A DNA stretch of 64,000 nt from a virus (Duplodnaviria > Caudoviricetes): IMG/VR virus record IMGVR_UViG_3300037248_000049, positions 810-64,809 of that record; one strand, written 5' to 3'. Under the pieces are notes generated by a model, which was not told where the DNA came from, searched no databases, and worked only from the letters and a program-made list of their open reading frames with translations. Within the stretch, counting starts at the first letter, position 1. Every line of letters begins with the position of its first letter. Shown here piece after piece: positions 45,655 to 54,475 of this stretch. Position numbers and translations under genes: made by a program.

Positions 45655-46095
45655 CAGAGTCCGCCTTCCGTATCCTCACCTCACGATGAGGAGCCAGCTT
45701 AGAGGGTATAGCACTGCTGCCTTGTATCGGGGGCCAGCCGCTCACCCCTGCTTTATGACCTTTCGGCCGTTTGGCGCAGGAAGCCGTAGACGAGGATCGT
45801 CGCAGTGTTGCCCGCAATCCTAGCTGGCGTCGGAAATGCAGCGGTCGAAAGGTGAAGTGCCCGCCCTCTCCAGCGCTTGCTCCACCACGCTTCAATTTAC
45901 GGGAGCATGGGCGACCGTGAGCAGCGATCGGGCATTCGAGGCTTGCGAGACGCGGGATCATCGCGTATATCCCCGACAGGAAATCAGGCCGCCACCACGA
46001 CTGATCTCCAGAGCCGGCCTTTGAGGGTGGAGTTTTGACCCCTCGGGCCGGCTCGCTATTTTCGGATAGCGGGAACTGCCCGCTCTGACAATCAG
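45655..46095 (-). ncRNA. Candidate large (about 440 nt) structured ncRNA
   Basis: Many helices with G-U pairs and GAAA/GUGA tetraloops on the minus strand; no credible ORF. Confidence 0.5.
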
Positions 46096-46103
46096 GAACA
46101 TCC

Positions 46104-46355
46104 ATGAACTTTACGTTCTTTAGCTCATTGATATTAATTGTATCTCTGGGCGGGTGCGCCGCGCCATATCTGCCGATATCGGCCTATCCTCCGACACCGG
46201 ACGTTCATGTCGCGAACCGCGCTTGCGTTCACGAAATGCTGGCCGAAACCGAGGGTGCAAATTACTTCGGCCTTGCCGGCGGACTCGCCGCCATGCCGGA
46301 ACGGGACGCGATCTATGATTCCTGCATGCGGTCTCATGGGTACGCACAACGTTAG
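46104..46355 (+). CDS. Small lipoprotein, antisense moron
   Basis: SLGGC lipobox, AGGA RBS, C..C..CMRSHGY motif, AT-rich start. Confidence 0.75.
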   Translation: MNFTFFSSLILIVSLGGCAAPYLPISAYPPTPDVHVANRACVHEMLAETEGANYFGLAGGLAAMPERDAIYDSCMRSHGYAQR

Positions 46356-47089
46356 TGGCACGGGTCAAAGCGGATTTCGCCGCCCTCCATCGTCAGAATG
46401 CCGGCGTCGAACCGGATGCGCGGCGGCTCCAGGCTCAGTAGCGCAATCGGCTCATGCCGAGCCGCAGCACACCACCTGTTGTACCACAGCACGCCCTTCA
46501 CAACCTGCCCGGCCTTGATCATTGCGAGCGCAATCGAGACAATCCGATTGTGGTCGGGGTCGGGGTCGTGCGGCTCGCCGACCGAGACCTGCCGGTTCAG
46601 CCATTCGTGAAATCGCGCCCCGTCGTCCTCTGACTCGTGCAGCGCCCAATCCTGGATTGTCAGCGCGTAAATCGTGCATGGCACGCGCTTGCCACGGAAC
46701 AGGCACTCCGGCGGCGTCGAGAACTGCACCCGGAACCCCATTGCGCGCGCCAAGGCCGCAGCGGCGACATGGCCCTCGGGGACACGCGTCAGAATCTCCA
46801 CCGCGTCGGTTGCCGTGAACATATAGCGCGCGCCGGCCAGCGCAAAATCACGCGCCCACCGCCCGCGCCCTTCCGGCAGGATTTGCGTGTGAACTTCGAA
46901 CGTCCCAGGGAAGAACTTGAAGCAGAAGAACGCGCCGTGCTCGCCGACGAGACAGACGTTGCCGGCGTCCGCGACCTGCCGCGACACGTCGAGCGGCCCT
47001 TCCGCAGTGTCCGCCACCCATGGCCGCACGTCGGGATGGTTCAGGATCGCATTGATCCGCTCGGCCGACGTGGCGCGCTCGATGTTCAC
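46352..47089 (-). CDS. GNAT-fold / DUF2824-like virion assembly protein
   Basis: FEVHTQILPEGRGRW..ALARAMGF. Confidence 0.75.
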   Translation of the reverse strand: MNIERATSAERINAILNHPDVRPWVADTAEGPLDVSRQVADAGNVCLVGEHGAFFCFKFFPGTFEVHTQILPEGRGRWARDFALAGARYMFTATDAVEILTRVPEGHVAAAALARAMGFRVQFSTPPECLFRGKRVPCTIYALTIQDWALHESEDDGARFHEWLNRQVSVGEPHDPDPDHNRIVSIALAMIKAGQVVKGVLWYNRWCAAARHEPIALLSLEPPRIRFDAGILTMEGGEIRFDPCH

Positions 47090-47628
47090 TTCGGTTTCCT
47101 CAAATCGCGGTGTGCGCCGTCGTAATAATATGCGTAGCATCGGTCGACCAGGTTGCCCCGGTCCATGTCGGAGCCGCCCTCCATCTCGTACCGGACGGCG
47201 TTTTGGTGGACGCCCCACGCCTCGATGTGCCGGTAGACCCGCAGCATGGCGTTCCACGCCCGGTGCCGCCTTGCGGTCGAGAACATGAAGATTTGCCGGA
47301 TGACGACTGCGCCGTCCATCGGGTCCGCCTCGGCGCGCGCGAGGCCGATCGCCTCGTTGTTGTGAACCAGCATGCAGTCCGGCATGACCATGAACTCGCG
47401 GACGCGCATCTCGGCACGCTGCGCCGTCATGCCGGGCCAGACCTCGGTGATGCGCGTCAACAACAGGTCGCGCCAGACCTGGAACGACTGCGGCGTCAAC
47501 CGGGCAACCTCGCCAAAATCCACGGCGGGCAACGGCGGCAGCGGCCCTTTGTGCCACGGATCCCAGTCCCAGCTCGGCGGCGGAGCCTTCTTGGGTTGCC
47601 AGACGGATTTAACGCGCACCTTGCCCAC
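47086..47628 (-). CDS. Hypothetical protein, possible GNAT-like fold
   Basis: Operonic; GTGA coupling. Confidence 0.6.
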   Translation of the reverse strand: MGKVRVKSVWQPKKAPPPSWDWDPWHKGPLPPLPAVDFGEVARLTPQSFQVWRDLLLTRITEVWPGMTAQRAEMRVREFMVMPDCMLVHNNEAIGLARAEADPMDGAVVIRQIFMFSTARRHRAWNAMLRVYRHIEAWGVHQNAVRYEMEGGSDMDRGNLVDRCYAYYYDGAHRDLRKPK

Positions 47629-47630
47629 CG

Positions 47631-47969
47631 TTACGTGACCCCGAGCATTTGTTCGGCGAGAAGATGCTCATTGCCGTGGAGGCGGACGAAATTCTCCAAT
47701 TCGTCGGAGCGCGTCAGGTCGCCGGTCGTGAAGTCGGCGCCCAAAATCCCCAGGATGCCGTCCTGCGCGTCGTGCGCCTGCTGGTGGTTACGCGCCCACG
47801 TCTGGTAGTCGAACCACGGGATCGGGTCGAGCGGGTAGGTCGGCACCATGACCCCGTATTTCTTCTGGATCGCCGCCGCGATCTTGATGTGCGAGTCGGC
47901 GTTCGCGAAGCTGAACTGCAGCCAGTCCTCGCGGGAGTGCGGCAAGCTGAACAAGGCCCCGATCGCCAT
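47631..47969 (-). CDS. Hypothetical structural-region protein
   Basis: TAATG coupling; His-rich helices. Confidence 0.65.
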   Translation of the reverse strand: MAIGALFSLPHSREDWLQFSFANADSHIKIAAAIQKKYGVMVPTYPLDPIPWFDYQTWARNHQQAHDAQDGILGILGADFTTGDLTRSDELENFVRLHGNEHLLAEQMLGVT

Positions 47970-50224
47970 TACAGCCTCGTGGTTTCGTCTTGGCCGATCA
48001 CGGTCAGCGACATGACCGTGGCATCGCCCCCGGTAGTCGACACCGTCACACCGATCAGGCTGCCGTTCTGGCCGCACGGGACCGGCCCGAACACGTTGAA
48101 TTCATCCGACGACGCAAGGACGCTGACCGAACCGCCGCCGCTGCCCGGCCCCAACTCGTTGTCAACCGTGACGGTCAGCGGCGCCGACGCGTTCTGAACG
48201 ATCCCGAACAGCTCGTTTGCCGTCTTGGTGATCCAATATGCGGGGTTGGCGTACAGCTTCGACTGAAACGTCTTGGTGAAGCCTGTTGAAGGCTGATCGA
48301 ACAGCGGAAAGATATTTGTCCCGTCGGTGCCCCAGGCCTGTAAATTCGAGGCTTGCTCAAAGGTCGAAATGTAGGTGAGATTCCGGTCTTGCTGTGAGGT
48401 GAACCACGGCTTTGAAGGACTGTTGCCATCCCACAGCAGTAGCTTGTTGACCGTATCGCCTGTCACCTGGTCAATTACGGGCAACAGCAGCATGTAAACC
48501 ACATTCCCAAATATCTGGGCAACCGCCGACGGGTAGTCGATGCCGCCGAGTGCAGTGGTAAAGTATATGCCATCCAGCGGGGAGGAGACTTTCGTCACGG
48601 CGCCGCCGAGCGACACGTTAATGCCGACAATATTCCCAAACATGACGTTTCGACTATAGACCGTAGTGCTTGACGGCCAAGCCGAGCCTATTTGCGGGTC
48701 GGCATTCTGGTTGTTGAATGTCGTCGTCGCGGTTGTCGAAGTCGATGTCGTCGTGACGCCGGAGATATAATCCAGCGACGAATCCGCGACCATGTAGAGG
48801 AAGCCGTTGGTCTGATGCAGCGAATAATAGCCGACGCGGGCGAACGAGTTCGTGACGAGAAACGCGCCCCCGTCGTCGCCGAAGTCGGAGGGATCGCCAC
48901 CCGCCGAGTAGATCACGCGGCCCTTGGGCGGGAAACTCGCTGCTGCCGCACCATTGGCGATCCAGACGTGGCCCTGGTAAACCTCCATTGCCGTGCCTGA
49001 CACGCCGAACGGCATCAGGTTCAGCGTCGCGACCGCTGGGCCGTCGCCTCCCGCGAAGATCGCCCATGTCGGGTTGGTGTACCCTTTGCCGCCGGCCTGT
49101 ATCTGCACCTGGGCAACCGACCCGCCGACTCCGACCGTCGCAATGCCGGTGGCGCCCGCCCCGGTAGCGCCGACGAACTGCACCGTGGGCGTGGCTTGCA
49201 ATCCCGAGCCGGGCGTCACAACCGTGACACTGGTGATGACGCCTTGGTCGACGAAGGCCAGGGCCGCAGCGCCTGAGCCGCCGCCTCCCGTAAAGCTCAA
49301 TGTGGGCGCGGTATAATTGCTCCCGCCCGACACGATCTGCAGCGACGTGATGATGCCGCCCGCCATCCCGTTGACGATGATCTGCGCCCCGGTTCCCGTC
49401 GAATCGGTGATCACCACCGTTGGCGGCGTCTGCACGCCGGTGGAGCTTTGGTATCCCTGCCCCCCGGACTGCAGGAACGTGCTGGTGATGACGCCGTTGC
49501 TGATGTTGGCCGTGCCGACCGGGGTAGTCGTGCCGTTGCCGCCGGCAAAGATCACCACCAGCGAATCGCCGATCTGATACCCCGACCCTGGGTTGACGAC
49601 CGTGACGAGCGACACTGCCCCGTTGTCGATCTGCGCGGTCAGCACAATGCCCGAGCCGGAGCCGCCGATCGCACTGACGCCGGGAATCGACGTGTAGCCC
49701 GATCCCCCGTCCGAAATATCGACGATCGGCCCGGCCGTGCCTGAACCGAACAGGCTTGTCCCGTTCCATATCCAGTAGCCGTTCGTCTGGTCCTTGGCGA
49801 ACAGCATGTAAAGGCTGCCCCATTGCGAAAAGCCGAAGATGGAAGTGGGGCTTGAGATTGTTCCCGGAGGCATGACGGTGGTCGCCACCCCGCCCGGCAC
49901 CGTCACGGCCGTCAACTCGCCGTTTGCATGCAGCACAAAGCAATAATTCGCGTTCCCGATGTTGCCGAAGCCGAACCATACGATGTCGGCGCCGGTCCCT
50001 GACGTGTACAGGATGGGGCCGGTTCCGTGCAGCACGCGCAGCATGTTGGGCGCAACCGGCATCCACCCGTCGCAGACGCTCAGTTCCGTGTCCTTGATCG
50101 CGGCGCGCGGCTCCTTGGTGTTGAGCCCCGAAAACCCTTCGATCAGGATTTGCCGAAGGCTCTCCGGCAGGCCGGGGATTTGCGACGGGGCGCCAGGGAC
50201 GCCGGAAGCGCGACCCTCAGACAT
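47969..50224 (-). CDS. Tail nozzle / DNA stabilisation protein (P22 gp10-like) with inserted GSGY repeats
   Basis: FSGLNT start, propeller-like strands, RVIYSAGGDPSDF; position after the adaptors. Confidence 0.7.
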   Translation of the reverse strand: MSEGRASGVPGAPSQIPGLPESLRQILIEGFSGLNTKEPRAAIKDTELSVCDGWMPVAPNMLRVLHGTGPILYTSGTGADIVWFGFGNIGNANYCFVLHANGELTAVTVPGGVATTVMPPGTISSPTSIFGFSQWGSLYMLFAKDQTNGYWIWNGTSLFGSGTAGPIVDISDGGSGYTSIPGVSAIGGSGSGIVLTAQIDNGAVSLVTVVNPGSGYQIGDSLVVIFAGGNGTTTPVGTANISNGVITSTFLQSGGQGYQSSTGVQTPPTVVITDSTGTGAQIIVNGMAGGIITSLQIVSGGSNYTAPTLSFTGGGGSGAAALAFVDQGVITSVTVVTPGSGLQATPTVQFVGATGAGATGIATVGVGGSVAQVQIQAGGKGYTNPTWAIFAGGDGPAVATLNLMPFGVSGTAMEVYQGHVWIANGAAAASFPPKGRVIYSAGGDPSDFGDDGGAFLVTNSFARVGYYSLHQTNGFLYMVADSSLDYISGVTTTSTSTTATTTFNNQNADPQIGSAWPSSTTVYSRNVMFGNIVGINVSLGGAVTKVSSPLDGIYFTTALGGIDYPSAVAQIFGNVVYMLLLPVIDQVTGDTVNKLLLWDGNSPSKPWFTSQQDRNLTYISTFEQASNLQAWGTDGTNIFPLFDQPSTGFTKTFQSKLYANPAYWITKTANELFGIVQNASAPLTVTVDNELGPGSGGGSVSVLASSDEFNVFGPVPCGQNGSLIGVTVSTTGGDATVMSLTVIGQDETTRL

Positions 50225-50318
50225 TGACCGCAGCCCAGCGAAAGGCATAGATTGAGCGGGACGGGCGAGCGCTGGACACGCTCAGCGCCGTCCCTAACCA
50301 GCGATGGAGAAGCACCGC

Positions 50319-50639
50319 GTGGCTGACGACAATCCTATCAAAATCCCGGAGATGGTCGAGCGCGTTGCGCAACGGCTTTATGATGGCGACCGGGAAATTT
50401 ATTCCCAGCTTTCTGACAAATTGCGGAAAGACGGCTGCCCCGTCGAAATCTGGGCGGATGTATTGCTGCCAAGTTGGCTTGATCAGATGGGGAAGGCCGG
50501 ATGGTACAGCGAGGCCCGCGCTGCCGTTGCCGCTATGCGCGAGCCGACCGGGACAATGGTTAGCAACCTGACTGCCCGTAACGCACACTCCACAGACGTT
50601 GTATGGAGAGCGATGATCGACGCGGCGCTGGGGGAGTGA
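50319..50639 (+). CDS. Hypothetical protein
   Basis: ARAAVAAMREPT..VWRAMIDAAL motif. Confidence 0.7.
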   Translation: MADDNPIKIPEMVERVAQRLYDGDREIYSQLSDKLRKDGCPVEIWADVLLPSWLDQMGKAGWYSEARAAVAAMREPTGTMVSNLTARNAHSTDVVWRAMIDAALGE

Positions 50640-50642
50640 GCG

Positions 50643-51161
50643 ATGGGCTACAAAGGCGCGCGGGAAGACCTGACCTACGAACGCGCACACGAGGTCTTTA
50701 GCTACGATCCCGAGACGGGGGTGTTTCGGTACAGGATAGCCCCCTATCGTAGCACAAAGCGTCCAGGCGAAATAGCTGGGTGGATAGGGCCGGGGGGGCA
50801 CATCGGCCTGAGTTGCGATAGCATACAGTACCTTGCACATCGCGTGGCTTGGCTGATGATGACCGGGGCATGGCCCATTCTCGGGCTGGATCATAAGGAT
50901 TTGGACCCATCGAACAATAGATGGGCCAATCTTCGTGAAGCATCGCCTACTCAAAATGCCGCCAACCGCGCCAAGCCTCCCCACAACGCGAGCGGCTATA
51001 AGGGCGTAAGCTTCAAGAAAAGCCGAGGCAAGTTCGTTGCCTATCTTGGCCTCAAGAACGCCCAAATATACGTTGGCATTTTTGATACGGCAGAAGAAGC
51101 CTTTGCGGCGCGAACGAAGAAGGCGGCAGAAATATATGGGAGCTTCGCGCATCACTTATAG
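50643..51161 (+). CDS. HNH-AP2 homing endonuclease
   Basis: YDPETGVF, YLAHRVAW, LDHKDLDPSNNRWANLREA, SGYKGVS..GIFDTAEEA. Confidence 0.93.
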   Translation: MGYKGAREDLTYERAHEVFSYDPETGVFRYRIAPYRSTKRPGEIAGWIGPGGHIGLSCDSIQYLAHRVAWLMMTGAWPILGLDHKDLDPSNNRWANLREASPTQNAANRAKPPHNASGYKGVSFKKSRGKFVAYLGLKNAQIYVGIFDTAEEAFAARTKKAAEIYGSFAHHL

Positions 51162-52076
51162 TCTACCGTATGGGTTTACAAGTAGACGCGGCCTTGCCCC
51201 TGAGCTATATCGGCTGGTCACTTCTTTATACATATCGAACATTGCTCTTGCAGAGTTGAAATTTTGAATCTCTAGGAAGGAGAGCCATGCCGCATAAAAC
51301 GGGACCGCATCAGTCCAGGGTTCTGGTAACGCTTCAAAATCTTCGTCATCCTCAAGTTCGGATGGGAGACACAGGCAATCCACTTCCCATTGGTATAGGG
51401 CGTTTGGAAGAGGATATAAATACATCGACCCTCCCGCGCCTTGGCCATATTGAGCCATTACGGTAGGAACATAAAAATACTGTTGAGGATACGACCTGAC
51501 TAAAGATTGATACATACTCCACGGATAATTAAGTAATGTGTACCGGAAATTGTTGAAGATGATCGACCCGGAGAATATCGCGTACACTGAGCGAATGCCC
51601 GGAAGCGTCGTCAGCGGGAAATCCGAGAAGTTGTAGATTTCCTGAAACGGGTTGACGGTCAGGATCGGCGAAACGGTCGCGACCGCAGTGGCGCCCGAGC
51701 CGGTTGGGTCGGTAAAGCTGACGCTGGGCTGAAAATATCCGTACCCGCCATAGGAGACGCTGATGCTGGCAATCTGCCCGCCGATTTGCTGCGCGAGCCC
51801 GGTCGCCTGCGACCCGCCGGGGAACGGCACTGTGCCGGACGGAAAGTCCGGGCCGCTGATCACGACTTGCGGGTTGGTGTAGCCGGAACCGCCGGCCGTG
51901 ACCTCGATCGTCAGGACCGAACCGGAGACCGGCGGCAGGCGGCGGATCGACTGCGTTCGCAGCGCGAGGTCGCGGCGGGCGCGGTTGATGTAGAAAACCA
52001 GGTCCTCGGTGTTCATCTGCCGCTGCGAGCGGTCGCGGAGCAGCCCCTCCGTGATTTTGAGGTAGTCGTAAAGCAT
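51156..52076 (-). CDS. Head-tail adaptor (paralog 3, with GSGY insert)
   Basis: YINRAR..QYGQG..DCLCLP..WTDAVPFYAA. Confidence 0.75.
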   Translation of the reverse strand: MLYDYLKITEGLLRDRSQRQMNTEDLVFYINRARRDLALRTQSIRRLPPVSGSVLTIEVTAGGSGYTNPQVVISGPDFPSGTVPFPGGSQATGLAQQIGGQIASISVSYGGYGYFQPSVSFTDPTGSGATAVATVSPILTVNPFQEIYNFSDFPLTTLPGIRSVYAIFSGSIIFNNFRYTLLNYPWSMYQSLVRSYPQQYFYVPTVMAQYGQGAGGSMYLYPLPNALYQWEVDCLCLPSELEDDEDFEALPEPWTDAVPFYAAWLSFLEIQNFNSARAMFDMYKEVTSRYSSGARPRLLVNPYGRL

Positions 52077-52088
52077 CTTGATCAGCGC

Positions 52089-52568
52089 TTACCCGCCGAC
52101 ATTGGCCCGGCAAACCCAGTTGGCGACGTTCGACGACGTGGCGGTCTGGGTCAGCGTGATGGCCGTCGCCGACACCGCGTAGCTCTGCGACGCCAGCGGA
52201 GTCGCTTGCCATGTCACGGTGCAATTCGGCGCCGTCACAAACGCCTTGACGAAGGTGATGACGCATCCGGTCGGCGAGCCAGTTCCCATCGTGACCGTGC
52301 CTTCGCCATCGGTGCCGGTGTCGCTTGGGCTGGTTCCGCAACTTGTCAGAGCAGGCGATGTCGAACCCGTCGGCGGAGCGTTGTGGCCGCCCCTGAACGA
52401 GCCGTCGTAGACATACTGCGGCGACGTGCTCTTGGGGCCGACCTGAACCAATTCGTTTCCGGTGACGGTCGCGATCGTGTAGGGCGCGTACTGCGCGCCA
52501 GCGGCGCCGACAACCCCGGCCAGGACCGCCAGTGCCAGCCCGCCCGAAACAATCTTCCAATTCGTCAT
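52089..52568 (-). CDS. Exported small beta-sandwich protein within the neck module
   Basis: Signal MTNWKIVSGGLALAVLAGVVGAAGA-Q; four Cys; CVITFVKAFVTAPNC. Confidence 0.75.
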   Translation of the reverse strand: MTNWKIVSGGLALAVLAGVVGAAGAQYAPYTIATVTGNELVQVGPKSTSPQYVYDGSFRGGHNAPPTGSTSPALTSCGTSPSDTGTDGEGTVTMGTGSPTGCVITFVKAFVTAPNCTVTWQATPLASQSYAVSATAITLTQTATSSNVANWVCRANVGG

Positions 52569-53278
52569 GCTGCTGACCTTCTCTGTTGGATGCCGAGCTT
52601 GTTGCCGACAGTCGGGTCGGACGTGCCGGCGAATTGGTGGGGCAGCTCGCTCGGCGTTGCGGCGGCGCGCGCTCGCTGCATGAACTCGCCGTAGTACCGC
52701 ATCATGTTGTCGGCGTTGTCTTTGTCGCTCTGCTGGAGAAACGCCATGTAGGCGGCATAGTAGGGCACCGCGTCGGTCCACAGTCGCGGGATCGCCTCTA
52801 CTGTCGTGTCGTCAACCAGCGGGATCGGCAGGCAGGCCGTATCGAGGTTCAGCGTGTAGGCGCTGTCCGGGATGTTGACAAAGACCGTCCCTTGCGTGCC
52901 CTGCCCGTACTGCGCCCAGTATTTAGGCGGCCCCGGCACCGGGACCGGTGACGACAGAATGTAGCGATTGAACCACTCCCATTCGCGCGAATAGACCTTC
53001 TTGGCCCCGCCGGCAATCTGCCAGGTGACGTCCCGCACCGCCTGGACGGCCGCGACGCCCTGCGTGCCGGCCGGGAACGCGATGGCCGAGAACGGATATT
53101 GCTGGGTCGGGTTGTTGACCGCGAGCGTCGAGTAAACCCGAATGCATTCGCTCTCGCCCGCTATCTGGCCGCGCGCTGTGTTGACCCAGTCCCGCAGGTC
53201 AAACTCGTTGACCTTCACGAACGTCTGATCGTTGAGAACCAAGCGCCGCGTGGTTTGGAGGTACTGGAACAGCATCAT
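52565..53278 (-). CDS. Head-tail adaptor (paralog 2)
   Basis: WVNTAR..ECIR..QYGQG..CLP..WTDAVPYYAA. Confidence 0.75.
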   Translation of the reverse strand: MMLFQYLQTTRRLVLNDQTFVKVNEFDLRDWVNTARGQIAGESECIRVYSTLAVNNPTQQYPFSAIAFPAGTQGVAAVQAVRDVTWQIAGGAKKVYSREWEWFNRYILSSPVPVPGPPKYWAQYGQGTQGTVFVNIPDSAYTLNLDTACLPIPLVDDTTVEAIPRLWTDAVPYYAAYMAFLQQSDKDNADNMMRYYGEFMQRARAAATPSELPHQFAGTSDPTVGNKLGIQQRRSAA

Positions 53279-53979
53279 GGGCCTCGCCCGGCCTGCGACG
53301 GCGCCGTGAGCGTCGCCTTGAGCGCGGCGGCGTGAGCGCCAATGCCGCCCGGCAGATTGTCGGGCAGGACAGTGGGCGTCGCCTCCTGACGGCCGCGCAT
53401 CGCCAGCTCTTTGTACCGCCCCAACATCACCTGCGCGTCGGCTTGGCGCTGGAGCTGCATCATCGCCAGCCACGCGGCATAGAACGGCACCGCATCGGTC
53501 CACAGAGCCGGGATCGCCTCGGGCGTAGAGTCGTTGACCAGCGGAACCGGCAGGCAGGCAACATCGAACGACGCCGTGCCGACAGCGTTCGGGACCGGGC
53601 TGAAATAGAAGGTTCCTGACAGGCCCTGTCCCTCCTGCGCCATGACTGTCGGCACGCCCGACGCAGGGTTGCCGAGATAATACGCGGCGAACCACTCCCA
53701 TGACCTGATTTCCAATGGCATCAGCGCGCCAGTAACCTGCCCGACACGCACCGTGAACGTGCCGAGAGTGCCCCCAATTGTCGGGACAAAAGCGCTGATC
53801 GGATAACTCCGAACGCCAGACGCAAAGGTCAGAGCCGCCGGCGACCTGATGCATTCCGCATCCGCCGCGAGCTGCGCGCGCGCTGTGTTGATGTAACTGT
53901 CGAGCGTCGGCGTCGAAATCAGCCCGGACCGCACCGACTGGATCAGTTGCTGAACCGCAGTTTCATAGGCTGTGAGCAT
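53275..53979 (-). CDS. Head-tail adaptor (paralog 1)
   Basis: YINTAR..ECIR..QEGQG..CLP..WTDAVPFYAA. Confidence 0.75.
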   Translation of the reverse strand: MLTAYETAVQQLIQSVRSGLISTPTLDSYINTARAQLAADAECIRSPAALTFASGVRSYPISAFVPTIGGTLGTFTVRVGQVTGALMPLEIRSWEWFAAYYLGNPASGVPTVMAQEGQGLSGTFYFSPVPNAVGTASFDVACLPVPLVNDSTPEAIPALWTDAVPFYAAWLAMMQLQRQADAQVMLGRYKELAMRGRQEATPTVLPDNLPGGIGAHAAALKATLTAPSQAGRGP

Positions 53980-54022
53980 CGACTATGCCTCTGCGGTGCG
54001 GGGGCTTCCCCCGCAAGGCGGA

Positions 54023-54469
54023 TCAGGCCGGCTTGTCGGCGGTCGGTGAAACCGGAAGCGTCTGCGCCGGAGGGGCAGTCGCGAACACGACGGGGGTTCC
54101 CTCGGCTTGCGCCTTCGGGGCGTCTTTGGATGTCTCTTCGTCCTCCGGCGTCGGCGCTTGGACCATCCATGAGAACATGCCGTCGTCAAAACCGGCGTAC
54201 CGAACCATCATCGGCTTGACGGCTTCCCTGATCTCGGCGGACACGTCGTCCGACAGGGCATTGCCGTCCCATCGCGCGGCGACATGGACCCACGGATGAT
54301 CGACGCCGGGGCGGTGGCCGACGACCCGATAGGCGTCGGGCAGCTTTGCGCGAAGCGCCGCCATCGACCGCATCGCGGCCATTTCACCCGGCGAGCACAG
54401 GTGCCGGATGGCGAGCGACTCGATGCCTTCCTTGGTCGGTTTTACCGCGTCGTCGTATTTTGCGAACAT
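54023..54469 (-). CDS. Hypothetical protein
   Basis: GAGG RBS; operonic. Confidence 0.65.
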   Translation of the reverse strand: MFAKYDDAVKPTKEGIESLAIRHLCSPGEMAAMRSMAALRAKLPDAYRVVGHRPGVDHPWVHVAARWDGNALSDDVSAEIREAVKPMMVRYAGFDDGMFSWMVQAPTPEDEETSKDAPKAQAEGTPVVFATAPPAQTLPVSPTADKPA

Positions 54470-54475
54470 GGCGCC

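Noticed and set aside
45655-46095. Group I or group II intron
   Set aside because: No recognisable P7 (R/S) elements or domain V, and no interrupted exon pair.
46096-46109. Alphaproteobacterial LexA box
   Set aside because: GAAC-N6-GAAC has the wrong spacing (N7 expected).
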